A stretch of DNA of 64,000 nt from Capsulimonadales bacterium (lineage in GTDB: Bacteria > Armatimonadota > Armatimonadia > Armatimonadales > Armatimonadaceae), in contig JANRLW010000085.1 of the NCBI GenBank assembly GCA_033762295.1, positions 10,604-74,603 on the forward strand, given 5' to 3'. The notes beneath the pieces were generated by a model, which had not been told where the DNA came from, ran no database searches, and saw nothing but the letters and a program-made list of their open reading frames with translations. Below are positions 23,625-32,726 of this stretch, piece by piece. How positions within the stretch are numbered: the first letter of the stretch is position 1; each line of letters begins with the position of its first letter. The position numbers were made by a program, and so were the translations under genes.

Positions 23625-25085
23625 TTACTGTCCTTTACCGGCTGCCGGATCCGCAGCCCGACGGTACAACGCCAGCGCCTTTTCACGCTGCGTCTTATGA
23701 TCTACGATAGGATACGGGTAGTCCCGCCCCAGAACGCACCCGACAGCCTCCTGTTCCGACGGAGACAGTTCCCACGGACGATGAAGAAAGCGATTCGGAA
23801 CGCGCCGTAACTCCGGAACGTAACGTCGGACATAGACCCCGTCCGCATCGAACCGCTCGCCCTGAGCGACCGGATTGAAGATCCGGAAGAACGGCTGCGC
23901 GTCCGTGCCGGTCGAGGCCGCCCACTGCCACCCGCCGTTATTGGCCGCCAGGTCGCCATCGATCAGCATCCGCATAAAATACGCCTCGCCCAGACGCCAG
24001 TCGCACAACAGGTCCTTCGTCAGGAATGAAGCCGTGATCATTCGCGCCCGGTTGTGCATCCACGCTTCCGACTTCAACTGCCGCTGGGCCGCATCGATGA
24101 TCGGATATCCGGTCCGACCGTCCCGCCAGGCGTCGAAATACTCCTCCCGGTTCTCCCAGGCGATCCCCTCGTAGGCCGGACGAAACGAACGCTCCGCCAC
24201 AGACGGAAAATGCCAGAGAATCTGGTAGTAAAAATCCCGCCAGGCAAGTTCCGCCAGAAACGTGTCCGGTCCTCCGGCCAGTCGTCTCGCGGCCAAAGCC
24301 TCCTTACGAACCTGCCGTACCGCCGCCAGAAGGCGACGGGCGGACAGCACCCCCATCTTCAGATACGCCGACAGGCGGGATGTCCCCTCGCTGCCGGGCG
24401 GTTCGCGCCCGGTATCGTAGGATACGACCTTGTCGCGGAGGAAGGCTTCAAGCCGTGACCGGGCTTCACGCTCCGATCCGTGGACGAGCGGGCGCGGCTC
24501 CGTCGTCCCGGAGGAGCCGGTCCGTTCCGGCAGGGGGTCCGAGAAGATTTCGCTCGGCGGAAACGGAACCCGGGCGGGAGCCTCCTGCGGTTCGGGGATC
24601 GGTCGCTCCCACCACACCTTCTTGTACGGGGTGAAAACGGTGTAGGGTTTGCCGGCGCCGGTGAAAATCTCGTCCGGTTCGATTGTGAGCAGATCCGAAC
24701 CCGTCTCGACCGTCACGCCCAGTTCGCGCAGGGATTCGGTCACCGCCGCGTCCCGCGACCGCGCATACGGCTCATAGTCCCGGCTGAAAAAGAGCGCGGT
24801 CGCCCCGGTCTCCCGTACCAGCCGCGCCAGTTCCTCGACCGGCTGCCCCGATCGGACGATCAGACGGCTTCCCCGCTCGCGCAGTGACGCGTCGATGTCC
24901 GCCAGCGCCTCGAACAGAAAATCGACCCGGGCCGGCGCGGTGTTCGGATGCGCCAGCAACGCCGGGTCGGGCACGAAGACCGGAACGACGTACTCGGCGG
25001 CGGCCGTCGCGGCCAGCAACGCCTGATTATCGTCGAGCCGGATTATCCGGCGAAACCAGTAGACAGCGATACGGTGCCGTTTCAC
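23625..25085 (-). CDS. phrB: Deoxyribodipyrimidine (CPD) photolyase
   Basis: WFRR..RLDDNQAL, TSRLSAYL, WRDFY, GRTGYPIIDA, WMHNRARM, DWRLGE, NNGGWQW, RIFNP. Confidence 0.95.
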   Translation of the reverse strand: MKRHRIAVYWFRRIIRLDDNQALLAATAAAEYVVPVFVPDPALLAHPNTAPARVDFLFEALADIDASLRERGSRLIVRSGQPVEELARLVRETGATALFFSRDYEPYARSRDAAVTESLRELGVTVETGSDLLTIEPDEIFTGAGKPYTVFTPYKKVWWERPIPEPQEAPARVPFPPSEIFSDPLPERTGSSGTTEPRPLVHGSEREARSRLEAFLRDKVVSYDTGREPPGSEGTSRLSAYLKMGVLSARRLLAAVRQVRKEALAARRLAGGPDTFLAELAWRDFYYQILWHFPSVAERSFRPAYEGIAWENREEYFDAWRDGRTGYPIIDAAQRQLKSEAWMHNRARMITASFLTKDLLCDWRLGEAYFMRMLIDGDLAANNGGWQWAASTGTDAQPFFRIFNPVAQGERFDADGVYVRRYVPELRRVPNRFLHRPWELSPSEQEAVGCVLGRDYPYPIVDHKTQREKALALYRRAADPAAGKGQ

Positions 25086-25147
25086 GGCCTATCATAACCG
25101 ATCCGCCCGCTTTTTTCCCGTTCCGCTCCGGCCTGCCGAGCGCCGCT

Positions 25148-25657
25148 CTATCGGAGCGTCTGCCGCGCCGCCCGCCAGAGGTCGCGCGCCCCGTGGTACC
25201 AGCCGCGGACATATTCCTTCCATTCGACATCGACCGATCCGCCGGCGGCCTGACGCTCCTCCCGAATCCACCGGTTCAGTGTCTCCTTGAGATCGACGGT
25301 CGGAAAGTCATCATCATCGATGTCGAAATCGTCGAGTTCGTCGGCCTCGCGAATCTCGTCCTCGTCCCAGTCGTCGTGCACCCGCTCCAGTTCCTCCAGG
25401 GAGGCGCGTTCGATCGCCCACTCCTCGCCGTCGTGTCGTCCGCGCTGATACCAGCGTTCGCGGGACTCTCGTTCGCGCAGAAACCGCTGCACCAGTCGCT
25501 GTACCTTCGCATCTCCGGCAATCACCGTCGAACCTTCCAGCATATCAAGCTCCTTCGTCAGCGCGGCGGCGCAGATTTTGGACACATTTACCCGATCGCG
25601 CAGCCGTTCCAGTCGTTCGTACAGCGCATCCGGTATCGTGAGGTTCAATCGTGCCAC
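25148..25657 (-). CDS. Putative ribbon-helix-helix (CcdA-like N-terminus) DNA-binding protein with acidic/Trp-rich C-terminal domain
   Basis: GGGAGGG SD and GTG start; ARLNLTIPDALYERL...VNVSKICAAAL matches the RHH beta-alpha-alpha pattern. Confidence 0.7.
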   Translation of the reverse strand: MARLNLTIPDALYERLERLRDRVNVSKICAAALTKELDMLEGSTVIAGDAKVQRLVQRFLRERESRERWYQRGRHDGEEWAIERASLEELERVHDDWDEDEIREADELDDFDIDDDDFPTVDLKETLNRWIREERQAAGGSVDVEWKEYVRGWYHGARDLWRAARQTLR

Positions 25658-25672
25658 AGCGCCCTCCCATAA

Positions 25673-25713
25673 GCATTACACGCATTATACGCATAATACG
25701 TATCCTTCGTCAA
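25673..25713 (-). promoter_or_regulatory. sigma70 promoter overlapped by three 9-bp direct repeats
   Basis: Minus strand TTGACG (25713-25708), 18 nt, TATAAT (25689-25684); plus strand GCATTACAC GCATTATAC GCATAATAC (25673-25699). Confidence 0.7.
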
Positions 25714-25775
25714 GATCATTTCCCGTTCGGCTCCTACCGTACCCGAAAAGACGGTATAATCCAACGGAGGTTATC

Positions 25776-26942
25776 ATGCTGAAGTTAGACCGGGACAGCG
25801 AGTCCACGCTTCCGCATCCGAGGGAGCGCACCCCCTCATCGGTCGCGCCCCCCGAGACGGTCGTCGAGGACTCTCGTCGTGTTACGCCGCAGGAACTCGC
25901 CGAAGCGATCGCCGCTTTGGAAAAGAGGAAAAACACCATCTATCCCGGTTCGATCGCCCTCGACTCCGCCCTGCGGGAGATGGAGCAGGAAGCGAACACC
26001 CCCCGAATACGAAAAGCGATCGAAACCCGTCGCGAGCGGAGACAGCGAGGGGTCAGCGGTCAATCGCCCGGTCTTCGGGCCGGTTACCTCGGTCTCGGTC
26101 TCTTCGCTCTCTTTCTGGGCGTCGTCGCCTTCGCGTACATCGGAACTCTGGCCGACCCCATGCGCGCGGAACCCGTATGGAAGTCGATCGGTCGCTCCCT
26201 CGGACTCAGGCCCGACCTCAAACCCGCACCGGCACCGGGTTCCCTGTCATGGCGGTACATCCGACTTCTGGAGCGGACGCCGACGATGGTGCAACTGGGC
26301 GACCTGAAAGACGGTCAACCGGTCACCCTCGACCGCGAGCAGGCCCGGAATCTTCAGGAAGCGACCACCGGGAAAAGCCTGATGGACGCTTCCGGTTACC
26401 ACCCGGTGATCCTTCCTCTCCCCCCGGACATTCTCCTCGAAACCGCTCCGCCCGCCCAACTCTCCCCCGAAAAGGGAGTTTACGTTCGTTACGGAAAAAC
26501 CTGGTACCGACGGGGATGGACCACGGAAACGCTGGTGAAAGGTGAGGAACCCGTCGTGGAATCCCCCGTCCGGTCGCGTAAAGATGGTCCGCAAGCGGGC
26601 ACGGTACGGCATAACTTCCGGTTTTTTTCCGACCGTCCGACCGAAAATATCGTCATCCGGCGTTCGAGCCCCATCCCGACTCCGCCCGGTTTGACCCCCG
26701 GTCAGATTTCCAAACTGGGAAATCGCATCCGCACGGAAACCATTTCTCTCGGCCCGGCGAAACGGCGCATTCTGATACCCGTCGCCGCTATTGAAACCAC
26801 GGTCGATCGTCAACTTCACGCCACCGAACCCAATCGATCGTCGGCGCCGGGTACGCCGACGATCGATTGGGTCGACAACGGGCGGGAGTTTTTATTGATC
26901 GGCGAGGGGTTACTGGACTCCAATGCGTGGAAGGAACGATGA
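25776..26942 (+). CDS. Hypothetical single-pass membrane protein (paralogue A)
   Basis: TATAAT and GGAGG before ATG 25776; RVTPQELAEAI, TM helix, YGKTWYRRGWTTE. Confidence 0.75.
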   Translation: MLKLDRDSESTLPHPRERTPSSVAPPETVVEDSRRVTPQELAEAIAALEKRKNTIYPGSIALDSALREMEQEANTPRIRKAIETRRERRQRGVSGQSPGLRAGYLGLGLFALFLGVVAFAYIGTLADPMRAEPVWKSIGRSLGLRPDLKPAPAPGSLSWRYIRLLERTPTMVQLGDLKDGQPVTLDREQARNLQEATTGKSLMDASGYHPVILPLPPDILLETAPPAQLSPEKGVYVRYGKTWYRRGWTTETLVKGEEPVVESPVRSRKDGPQAGTVRHNFRFFSDRPTENIVIRRSSPIPTPPGLTPGQISKLGNRIRTETISLGPAKRRILIPVAAIETTVDRQLHATEPNRSSAPGTPTIDWVDNGREFLLIGEGLLDSNAWKER

Positions 26943-26952
26943 GGCGCGATTC

Positions 26953-28062
26953 ATGTTAAAACAGCGCACCGCCGACGAAAACCCCTCCGTTACCCCGGTC
27001 CGACCGATGGCGAGCGTGCCAGGGTCCGTACCGCGGTCGGAGTCGGACATCCCACAGATGCGTCCCGAGGAATTCCGGGTCCGCCCCGACGAACTCGCCG
27101 ATGCCCTGACCGTGCTGGCGGAAACGACCGGAAAAACGGTCGGCGGGACGTTGCCACTCGACCGAACGCTCAAGGAGATGGACCGGGCGGCGCTTGCCGA
27201 TGAGGTCTGGGCGGAAGTGCAGGCCAGGCGTCGTACCCCACAGGCCCGCGCGACCGCTTCCGTCCGACCCCGCTCGAAAAACGCCCGCCGGCAACTGGCT
27301 TTCGGCTTTCTGGCGACCTTCGCGCTCTTCGCCGTCACCATTTTTTTCGGCATCCTTTTGAACCAACCGGCCAGTCTGGGGTTCAAGGACGCGTTGCCAG
27401 GCGCCGTTTACACACTGACCGCGATCGGTGAATGGACAGGCATCTCCGGAGAAGGGTCCGAACCGATCCCTTTCTCCTCCAATGAGGACTTTCGGTCGTT
27501 TCCCCGGCAGTCACCGACGATGAAACCCCTTTCGGAAGTCGGCGAGGGAGAGGTCGTGTCGGTCGACGAGTCACAGGCAAAACGATTGCAGGAACTGGAA
27601 AACCGGACGATCGGCAAGTCGGCGACGGATCGCAAGGCGCTGCTCGCCCGAACGTTCGTGGAAATGAAACCCGGTCCGGCCGACCTGCAGACGGTTCGCT
27701 TCGGGCATCAGTGGTATCGGCGGGGGTGGACCACCGAGAAACCGGTGACCATCGGCGGACGGACGTGGGTTCCCTTTACCGCGCAGCCGACCGATCGCCT
27801 GATCTTCCACTGGCCCCGTACCGACGGAAAGTTCCCGCAGGGGGACCATGCTCTGGGCAATGCCCGAAAACCAATTCAGGTTCCGATCTCCTTAGCCGGG
27901 GATTCCGAGTACCTCAACGTCCGCCACGTCTCCGGGTCGACACGGACGTTTTCGGTATGGACAGGGGTCGTCGATCCGTCCCGTCTTGACGGACGCGCCT
28001 GGGACCCGTGGACTCCCGCGACGGGCGCGTCCGGGCCGGAGCGACCGAGCGCCGGCCCGTAA
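26953..28062 (+). CDS. Hypothetical single-pass membrane protein (paralogue B)
   Basis: RVRPDELADAL, TM helix, FGHQWYRRGWTTE, shared with the upstream gene. Confidence 0.75.
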   Translation: MLKQRTADENPSVTPVRPMASVPGSVPRSESDIPQMRPEEFRVRPDELADALTVLAETTGKTVGGTLPLDRTLKEMDRAALADEVWAEVQARRRTPQARATASVRPRSKNARRQLAFGFLATFALFAVTIFFGILLNQPASLGFKDALPGAVYTLTAIGEWTGISGEGSEPIPFSSNEDFRSFPRQSPTMKPLSEVGEGEVVSVDESQAKRLQELENRTIGKSATDRKALLARTFVEMKPGPADLQTVRFGHQWYRRGWTTEKPVTIGGRTWVPFTAQPTDRLIFHWPRTDGKFPQGDHALGNARKPIQVPISLAGDSEYLNVRHVSGSTRTFSVWTGVVDPSRLDGRAWDPWTPATGASGPERPSAGP

Positions 28063-28075
28063 CCGATCCAACCGA

Positions 28076-28552
28076 TTAATCGGGCAGGTGCCACCGGCCT
28101 TTTTCGGCGAACCCGCGACGGCGGATACGGCGCGCGCAACGTTCGACCAGGTCGCGTGCCAGGCGGGCGCGCGGGGTCAGGTCCGGCGGATCGCCCCCGA
28201 TCTCGTCCCGCGCTTCGAGCAGGCCGACGCGTCGACCGGTCGGTTCCGCATGGCCCAGCAATAGCAGAATCAGACAGGAGTTTTCGTCAGGCTGGCCGGT
28301 CGGCGGAGGGTCGAGCGAGGTCATCACGCCCCAGAGGGTCGGTCGAGCGTCCGCGGACAGACGGCGTAGCAGCGGACGGGCGGTTCGGCGCGGACGGCGG
28401 TCTTTGGGATGAGGAGGCGCAAACCGGGGATCGGGAATCGGCGGCATCAATGGCATCAGCGATATCTGGGCGTGCGGCGCGCGTTTGCGGATAAACTTGA
28501 CCAGGCCGGCGATTTCCGTATCTCCCGCCGAAAAACGAATCATTATTCCCAC
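28076..28552 (-). CDS. Possible hypothetical protein (start uncertain)
   Basis: Fills a ~590-bp gap; TATAAT on the minus strand at 28566-28561; no motif recognised. Confidence 0.35.
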   Translation of the reverse strand: MGIMIRFSAGDTEIAGLVKFIRKRAPHAQISLMPLMPPIPDPRFAPPHPKDRRPRRTARPLLRRLSADARPTLWGVMTSLDPPPTGQPDENSCLILLLLGHAEPTGRRVGLLEARDEIGGDPPDLTPRARLARDLVERCARRIRRRGFAEKGRWHLPD

Positions 28553-28650
28553 AGCACGTCATTATACCCACATATACGGAGTTCCGCCGAACAGGCCCAT
28601 AATCCGCAGGAACGGCGCGGATCGACGATGAATCATCGGAAGGAAGGCTT

Positions 28651-29331
28651 ATGTCCGAAGAAACACTTCCCGAACCGGAGACCCGAAAGGTCCGCCTCGT
28701 CATTGCCGAGGACGAGACGATGACACGCGAACTTCTGGCCCGACTCATCGGTCTTGAGGACGATATCACCGTGGTCGGGACGGCATCGGACGGCGCGAAG
28801 GCGCTCTCCGTCGTCCTGGCGCAGAAGCCGGATGTTCTGCTCACCGATATCGGTATGCCCCAGATGAACGGCATTCAGCTGACCGAAACGCTGCGCCGGG
28901 AGATGCCGCAGGTCGGGGTCGTTATTCTCACCATCTACAACGATGACGAGCGGGTCTTCGCCGCAATCAAGGCCGGCGCGCGCGGATATGTCCTCAAGGA
29001 TTCCCCGCCGCAGGAAACGATCGCCGCCGTTCGCGCCGCAGGACGCGGCGAAGCCCTCCTCCATCCCTCGCTCGTCGGACGACTTCTGGCCGAGTTCGGA
29101 CGACTCTCCGTCCAGCGTGCCGCCGATAACTCCGTTTTCGCCGAACTCACCGACCGGGAACGCGAGGTGCTGACCGAAATCGGACGCGGCAAACGCAATA
29201 AAGAGATCGCCGATACGCTGTTTATCAGTGAAAAGACCGTCAAGAACCATATTTCCAATATCTTCGCCAAACTCGAGGTCAACACGCGCGCCGAGGCCGC
29301 GCTTCTCGCCGCCCGTCAGGGACTGGTGTGA
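28651..29331 (+). CDS. NarL/LuxR-family response regulator
   Basis: REC (IAEDE, DIGMP, YVLKD) plus HTH LTDREREVL...NKEIADTLFISEKTVKNH. Confidence 0.95.
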   Translation: MSEETLPEPETRKVRLVIAEDETMTRELLARLIGLEDDITVVGTASDGAKALSVVLAQKPDVLLTDIGMPQMNGIQLTETLRREMPQVGVVILTIYNDDERVFAAIKAGARGYVLKDSPPQETIAAVRAAGRGEALLHPSLVGRLLAEFGRLSVQRAADNSVFAELTDREREVLTEIGRGKRNKEIADTLFISEKTVKNHISNIFAKLEVNTRAEAALLAARQGLV

Positions 29332-29451
29332 CGAATCACCGTTCCGGAACCGGTAACCGGCAAAACGCTGTCGGGTATAGTAGAGCGGGTTCCCGACCGA
29401 TACAGGGATAGACCCCCATCGGGCGGGCGGAAACAGGAAGGCGAAAGCGTT

Positions 29452-30051
29452 TTGGAATGGTATGAGGGTGAGGTTCAGGCACTGGAGCGGCAACGCGAGG
29501 AGAATCCGCCGCCCCCGGAGGTCGTGGCGTTCTACGGAAGTTCCTCCATACGGTTGTGGAGCACCCTGGCCGACGATTTTCCGGAAGTGCCGGTGCTCAA
29601 TCTCGGGTTCGGCGGGTCGACCCTCACCGCCTGCGTTCACTACTTCGAACGGCTCGTTCCGCCCTGTCATCCGAAAGTTCTCCTCTGTTATGCCGGCGAG
29701 AACGATATCGGCGACGGTCGGTCGGTCGACGCAATCGTCGGGTCCTTTCGGGAACTGCATCAGAAGGTCGACCGCGACCTGGGTCCGATTTCGTTCGCCT
29801 ACCTCTCCATCAAACCGAGTCCCCTGCGCTGGAGCGCCATCGACAAAATCCGGGAGGTCAACGCGCGCATCCGACAGGAGATCCGAACCCGACCGGAAAG
29901 CCTGTTCATCGATATCCATACGCCGATGCTGGATGACCATGGCCAGCCCCGACGAGAATTATGGACCGAAGACGGCATCCATATGTCGCGAGAAGGGTAT
30001 CATGTCTGGTGGCAGGTCGTTTCGGCGCATCGTCGCCGACTGGGATTCTGA
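29452..30051 (+). CDS. SGNH/GDSL hydrolase
   Basis: FYGSSSI, NLGFGGS, YAGEND, DGIH. Confidence 0.88.
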   Translation: MEWYEGEVQALERQREENPPPPEVVAFYGSSSIRLWSTLADDFPEVPVLNLGFGGSTLTACVHYFERLVPPCHPKVLLCYAGENDIGDGRSVDAIVGSFRELHQKVDRDLGPISFAYLSIKPSPLRWSAIDKIREVNARIRQEIRTRPESLFIDIHTPMLDDHGQPRRELWTEDGIHMSREGYHVWWQVVSAHRRRLGF

Positions 30052-30139
30052 GCCGATCCCAATCATGTCCTGACCCTATCGGAAACGATCGAAGCGACGG
30101 AGAAAGTCGATATTCGCGCGCGCCGGCGCAATTTCTCTT

Positions 30140-30868
30140 ATGAACCGTGAATACCACAAGTGGCACAGCCCGCATCTCGAGCGCGACATGGAATTGCTGG
30201 TCTTCGGACACACCGGAGCCCGTGTCATTGTCTTCCCCACCAGAGACGGTCGTTTCTTCGATTACGAAAACTGGAAGATGGTGGAAGCCCTCCGCGAAAA
30301 GATTGTGAAGGGATATATCCAGCTCTATTGCGTGGACAGCCACGACCGTTTCAGTCTTTATGCCAACTGGATGCGGCCCGAGGACCGGATGAAACGCCAT
30401 CTGGATTTCGAGCGTTATATCCTCGATGAGGTCATCCCCTTTACCCGCGACAGGAATCCGCATCCCTCCCTGATCGCCCATGGCTGCAGTCTCGGCGGAT
30501 ACCATGCGATGAATATCGGGCTGAGACATCCGGAACGGTTCGATAAAATCGTCGCCCTCTCCGGTCGTTTCGACCTGACCCAGCCAATCGGCACCTTCCG
30601 CGGGCTGTTCGACGGCTACTACGACGACCTGATCTATTTCAATAATCCGAGCCACTTCGTCCCCCTGATCGAGGACGAAAGCCTGCTACAACGGCTGAGG
30701 AAACTCACCATCGTCTTCGTCACCGGCGATAGCGATGTCTTCCTGGCCAATAATCGGGCGTTCTCCCGCGCCCTGTGGCAAAAAAAGATTCCGCACACGT
30801 TCGCGGTCTGGGAGGGCGAAGCGCACCGCCCGCGCCAGTGGCGGCAAATGGTTCGGCTTTACCTCTGA
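30140..30868 (+). CDS. Alpha/beta-hydrolase esterase family protein
   Basis: MNREYHKWHSP, LLVFGH, nucleophile HGCSLGG, ALSG, C-terminal His (EAH). Confidence 0.88.
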   Translation: MNREYHKWHSPHLERDMELLVFGHTGARVIVFPTRDGRFFDYENWKMVEALREKIVKGYIQLYCVDSHDRFSLYANWMRPEDRMKRHLDFERYILDEVIPFTRDRNPHPSLIAHGCSLGGYHAMNIGLRHPERFDKIVALSGRFDLTQPIGTFRGLFDGYYDDLIYFNNPSHFVPLIEDESLLQRLRKLTIVFVTGDSDVFLANNRAFSRALWQKKIPHTFAVWEGEAHRPRQWRQMVRLYL

Positions 30869-30881
30869 TACAATATCCACC

Positions 30882-32594
30882 GTGTCGCGTCGCTGTCCTT
30901 CTCCTCGCTTTCGAACGATCGTTTCGCGTCTCCTGCTCGTGGTCGTCGCCGCGCTCGTCGCCTCTCGCCCCGTCGGCTCACGGGATATCGATCTGGAAAT
31001 TGAGCGGTTTCTGGGAGCGCAGGTCGCCAGCGCCTTCAAAGACTCAGCGGGAGTCGATAACGACCCGCTGCTGGCCGACTGGGTGAACGAGATCGGACGA
31101 CAGGTGTCGGCCCAGTCCCCCCGCCGGAATGTCCCGTACTCCTTCACGATCCTCGGCACCGATGTCGCCAACGCGTTCGCCGGACCGGCCGGCTACATCT
31201 TCGTGACACGCGGCATGCTCGACACGATCGACTCCGACGACGAACTGGCGGCCATTCTCGCGCACGAGACGGCGCATGTCACCAAACGTCACGCCATCCA
31301 GCAGGTCGGCGGCAACCTGCTCGTGTTCGCCCTCCTCGCTTCGCTACGCGGAGAGAGGTATCGCGGCGTTCGGACCTTCGCCTCGCTGGCGAACGTCGTC
31401 CGGACGCTGGCCAAATCACGGGAGATGGAACATCAGGCCGACGACCTGGGACTGGTCTACTGCTGGAAGGCCGGATACGATCCCGGCGGGCTGGCGCGCT
31501 TCTTCGAAGGATACGACCTGCGCGGGCGTTCGCTGCTGGCGGAGTATTTCGATACCCATCCCGCGCCGGCCCGACGTCTGGCCTTCGTTCGAGAGAGCAA
31601 GTATGTGCGACGGGAGGATCTTGCTCTGCGGGAGACGACCGCGCAGGGACTGGAGGCGCGTTCGCTGCCCAATGCCGCCCGGAAAGCCCGCGCGGCACGA
31701 GATCCCCTGGCACTCCCGGCGACGCCTTCTCCGGCGATCCCTTCCTACCTCGAGAACGAGCGACGCGAGATCGGAGCGCAGGCGGCGGAACTGCGCCGTC
31801 GCCTGATGAAAGGGTACCGGGCGCAGGACCTCGGCGCGACCCTCAAACAGGTTCTGCTGATCAACAACCAGGGCGATTTTCGCTGGCTCTACGTCTCCGC
31901 ACGCGCCTATGCGATTCAGGCGCGGGTCGAGGATATCTTTGCCCGTTCCCTTCGGGTCGCCGACACCGTGCCGGGCATCTACGATGCTCTGGCGGTCTAT
32001 GCGGACGGTCCCGCCGCCGCGCCCGCCACGATCGACAGTTCGCTGGGACGGACCAATCTGCGCAGCGCCCTTCGGCGAACCGAGGGCGCGGTCGCTCCGA
32101 TCGAACGCGCCTCACGCGCCGTGACGACGGTTCTTGCCGACCTGAATAACCGTTTTCTCCGGCTCGATAACGAGCAGACCTGGCTCCGGTACGCCGCTCT
32201 GGAGGGGTTGTTGCGGTACGCCGAAAGTGAACTGTCACGGGCCGATCGGGCGGCGGGCATCGGATGGCGGCAGGTGTCTCTGGCGCGGATCCGGCGTTAC
32301 CAGCACTGGCTCAACGAGAACCTGCCGGAGGACCGCCCGGAACGGCGAGAACTCTGGACCCGCCTGACGATCCGGCGGTTCGGCGCCTGGTTTCCCAACG
32401 CCGGTCCGGCCGGAGACGCGACCGTCCGGGCCGCGCTGGCGATCGAGAAGCGAAAAAGTGCCTCAGAAGCCGAAGAGGGGCGGGGCGAGACTCTCTGGGC
32501 CGACTGGGTTCTGCAACAAAAGGGCATCCCCGAAAACATTGCCACCGCTCTGCGCCTCCTGATTCTGGACCTTCAACGGGAGGACAGCCGCTGA
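30882..32594 (+). CDS. M48 family metalloprotease with long helical C-terminal extension
   Basis: ANAFAGPAGYIFVTRG, ELAAILAHETAH, E..ADD, THP; GTG start inferred. Confidence 0.82.
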   Translation: MSRRCPSPRFRTIVSRLLLVVVAALVASRPVGSRDIDLEIERFLGAQVASAFKDSAGVDNDPLLADWVNEIGRQVSAQSPRRNVPYSFTILGTDVANAFAGPAGYIFVTRGMLDTIDSDDELAAILAHETAHVTKRHAIQQVGGNLLVFALLASLRGERYRGVRTFASLANVVRTLAKSREMEHQADDLGLVYCWKAGYDPGGLARFFEGYDLRGRSLLAEYFDTHPAPARRLAFVRESKYVRREDLALRETTAQGLEARSLPNAARKARAARDPLALPATPSPAIPSYLENERREIGAQAAELRRRLMKGYRAQDLGATLKQVLLINNQGDFRWLYVSARAYAIQARVEDIFARSLRVADTVPGIYDALAVYADGPAAAPATIDSSLGRTNLRSALRRTEGAVAPIERASRAVTTVLADLNNRFLRLDNEQTWLRYAALEGLLRYAESELSRADRAAGIGWRQVSLARIRRYQHWLNENLPEDRPERRELWTRLTIRRFGAWFPNAGPAGDATVRAALAIEKRKSASEAEEGRGETLWADWVLQQKGIPENIATALRLLILDLQREDSR

Positions 32595-32726
32595 CGTTCG
32601 CGACGTTCGTCAAATCCCGTGCGACGCCGCCGGAATGCGATAGAATCAACCGATACCTTTTCCCGATAACCGTCCCGGCGCGATCGCGCCCCGAACCTCC
32701 GCATCGCTCCGGACCCGAACTCCCGT

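Noticed and set aside
25148..25657. ccdAB toxin-antitoxin module
   Set aside because: No toxin ORF adjacent, and the protein is much longer than CcdA.
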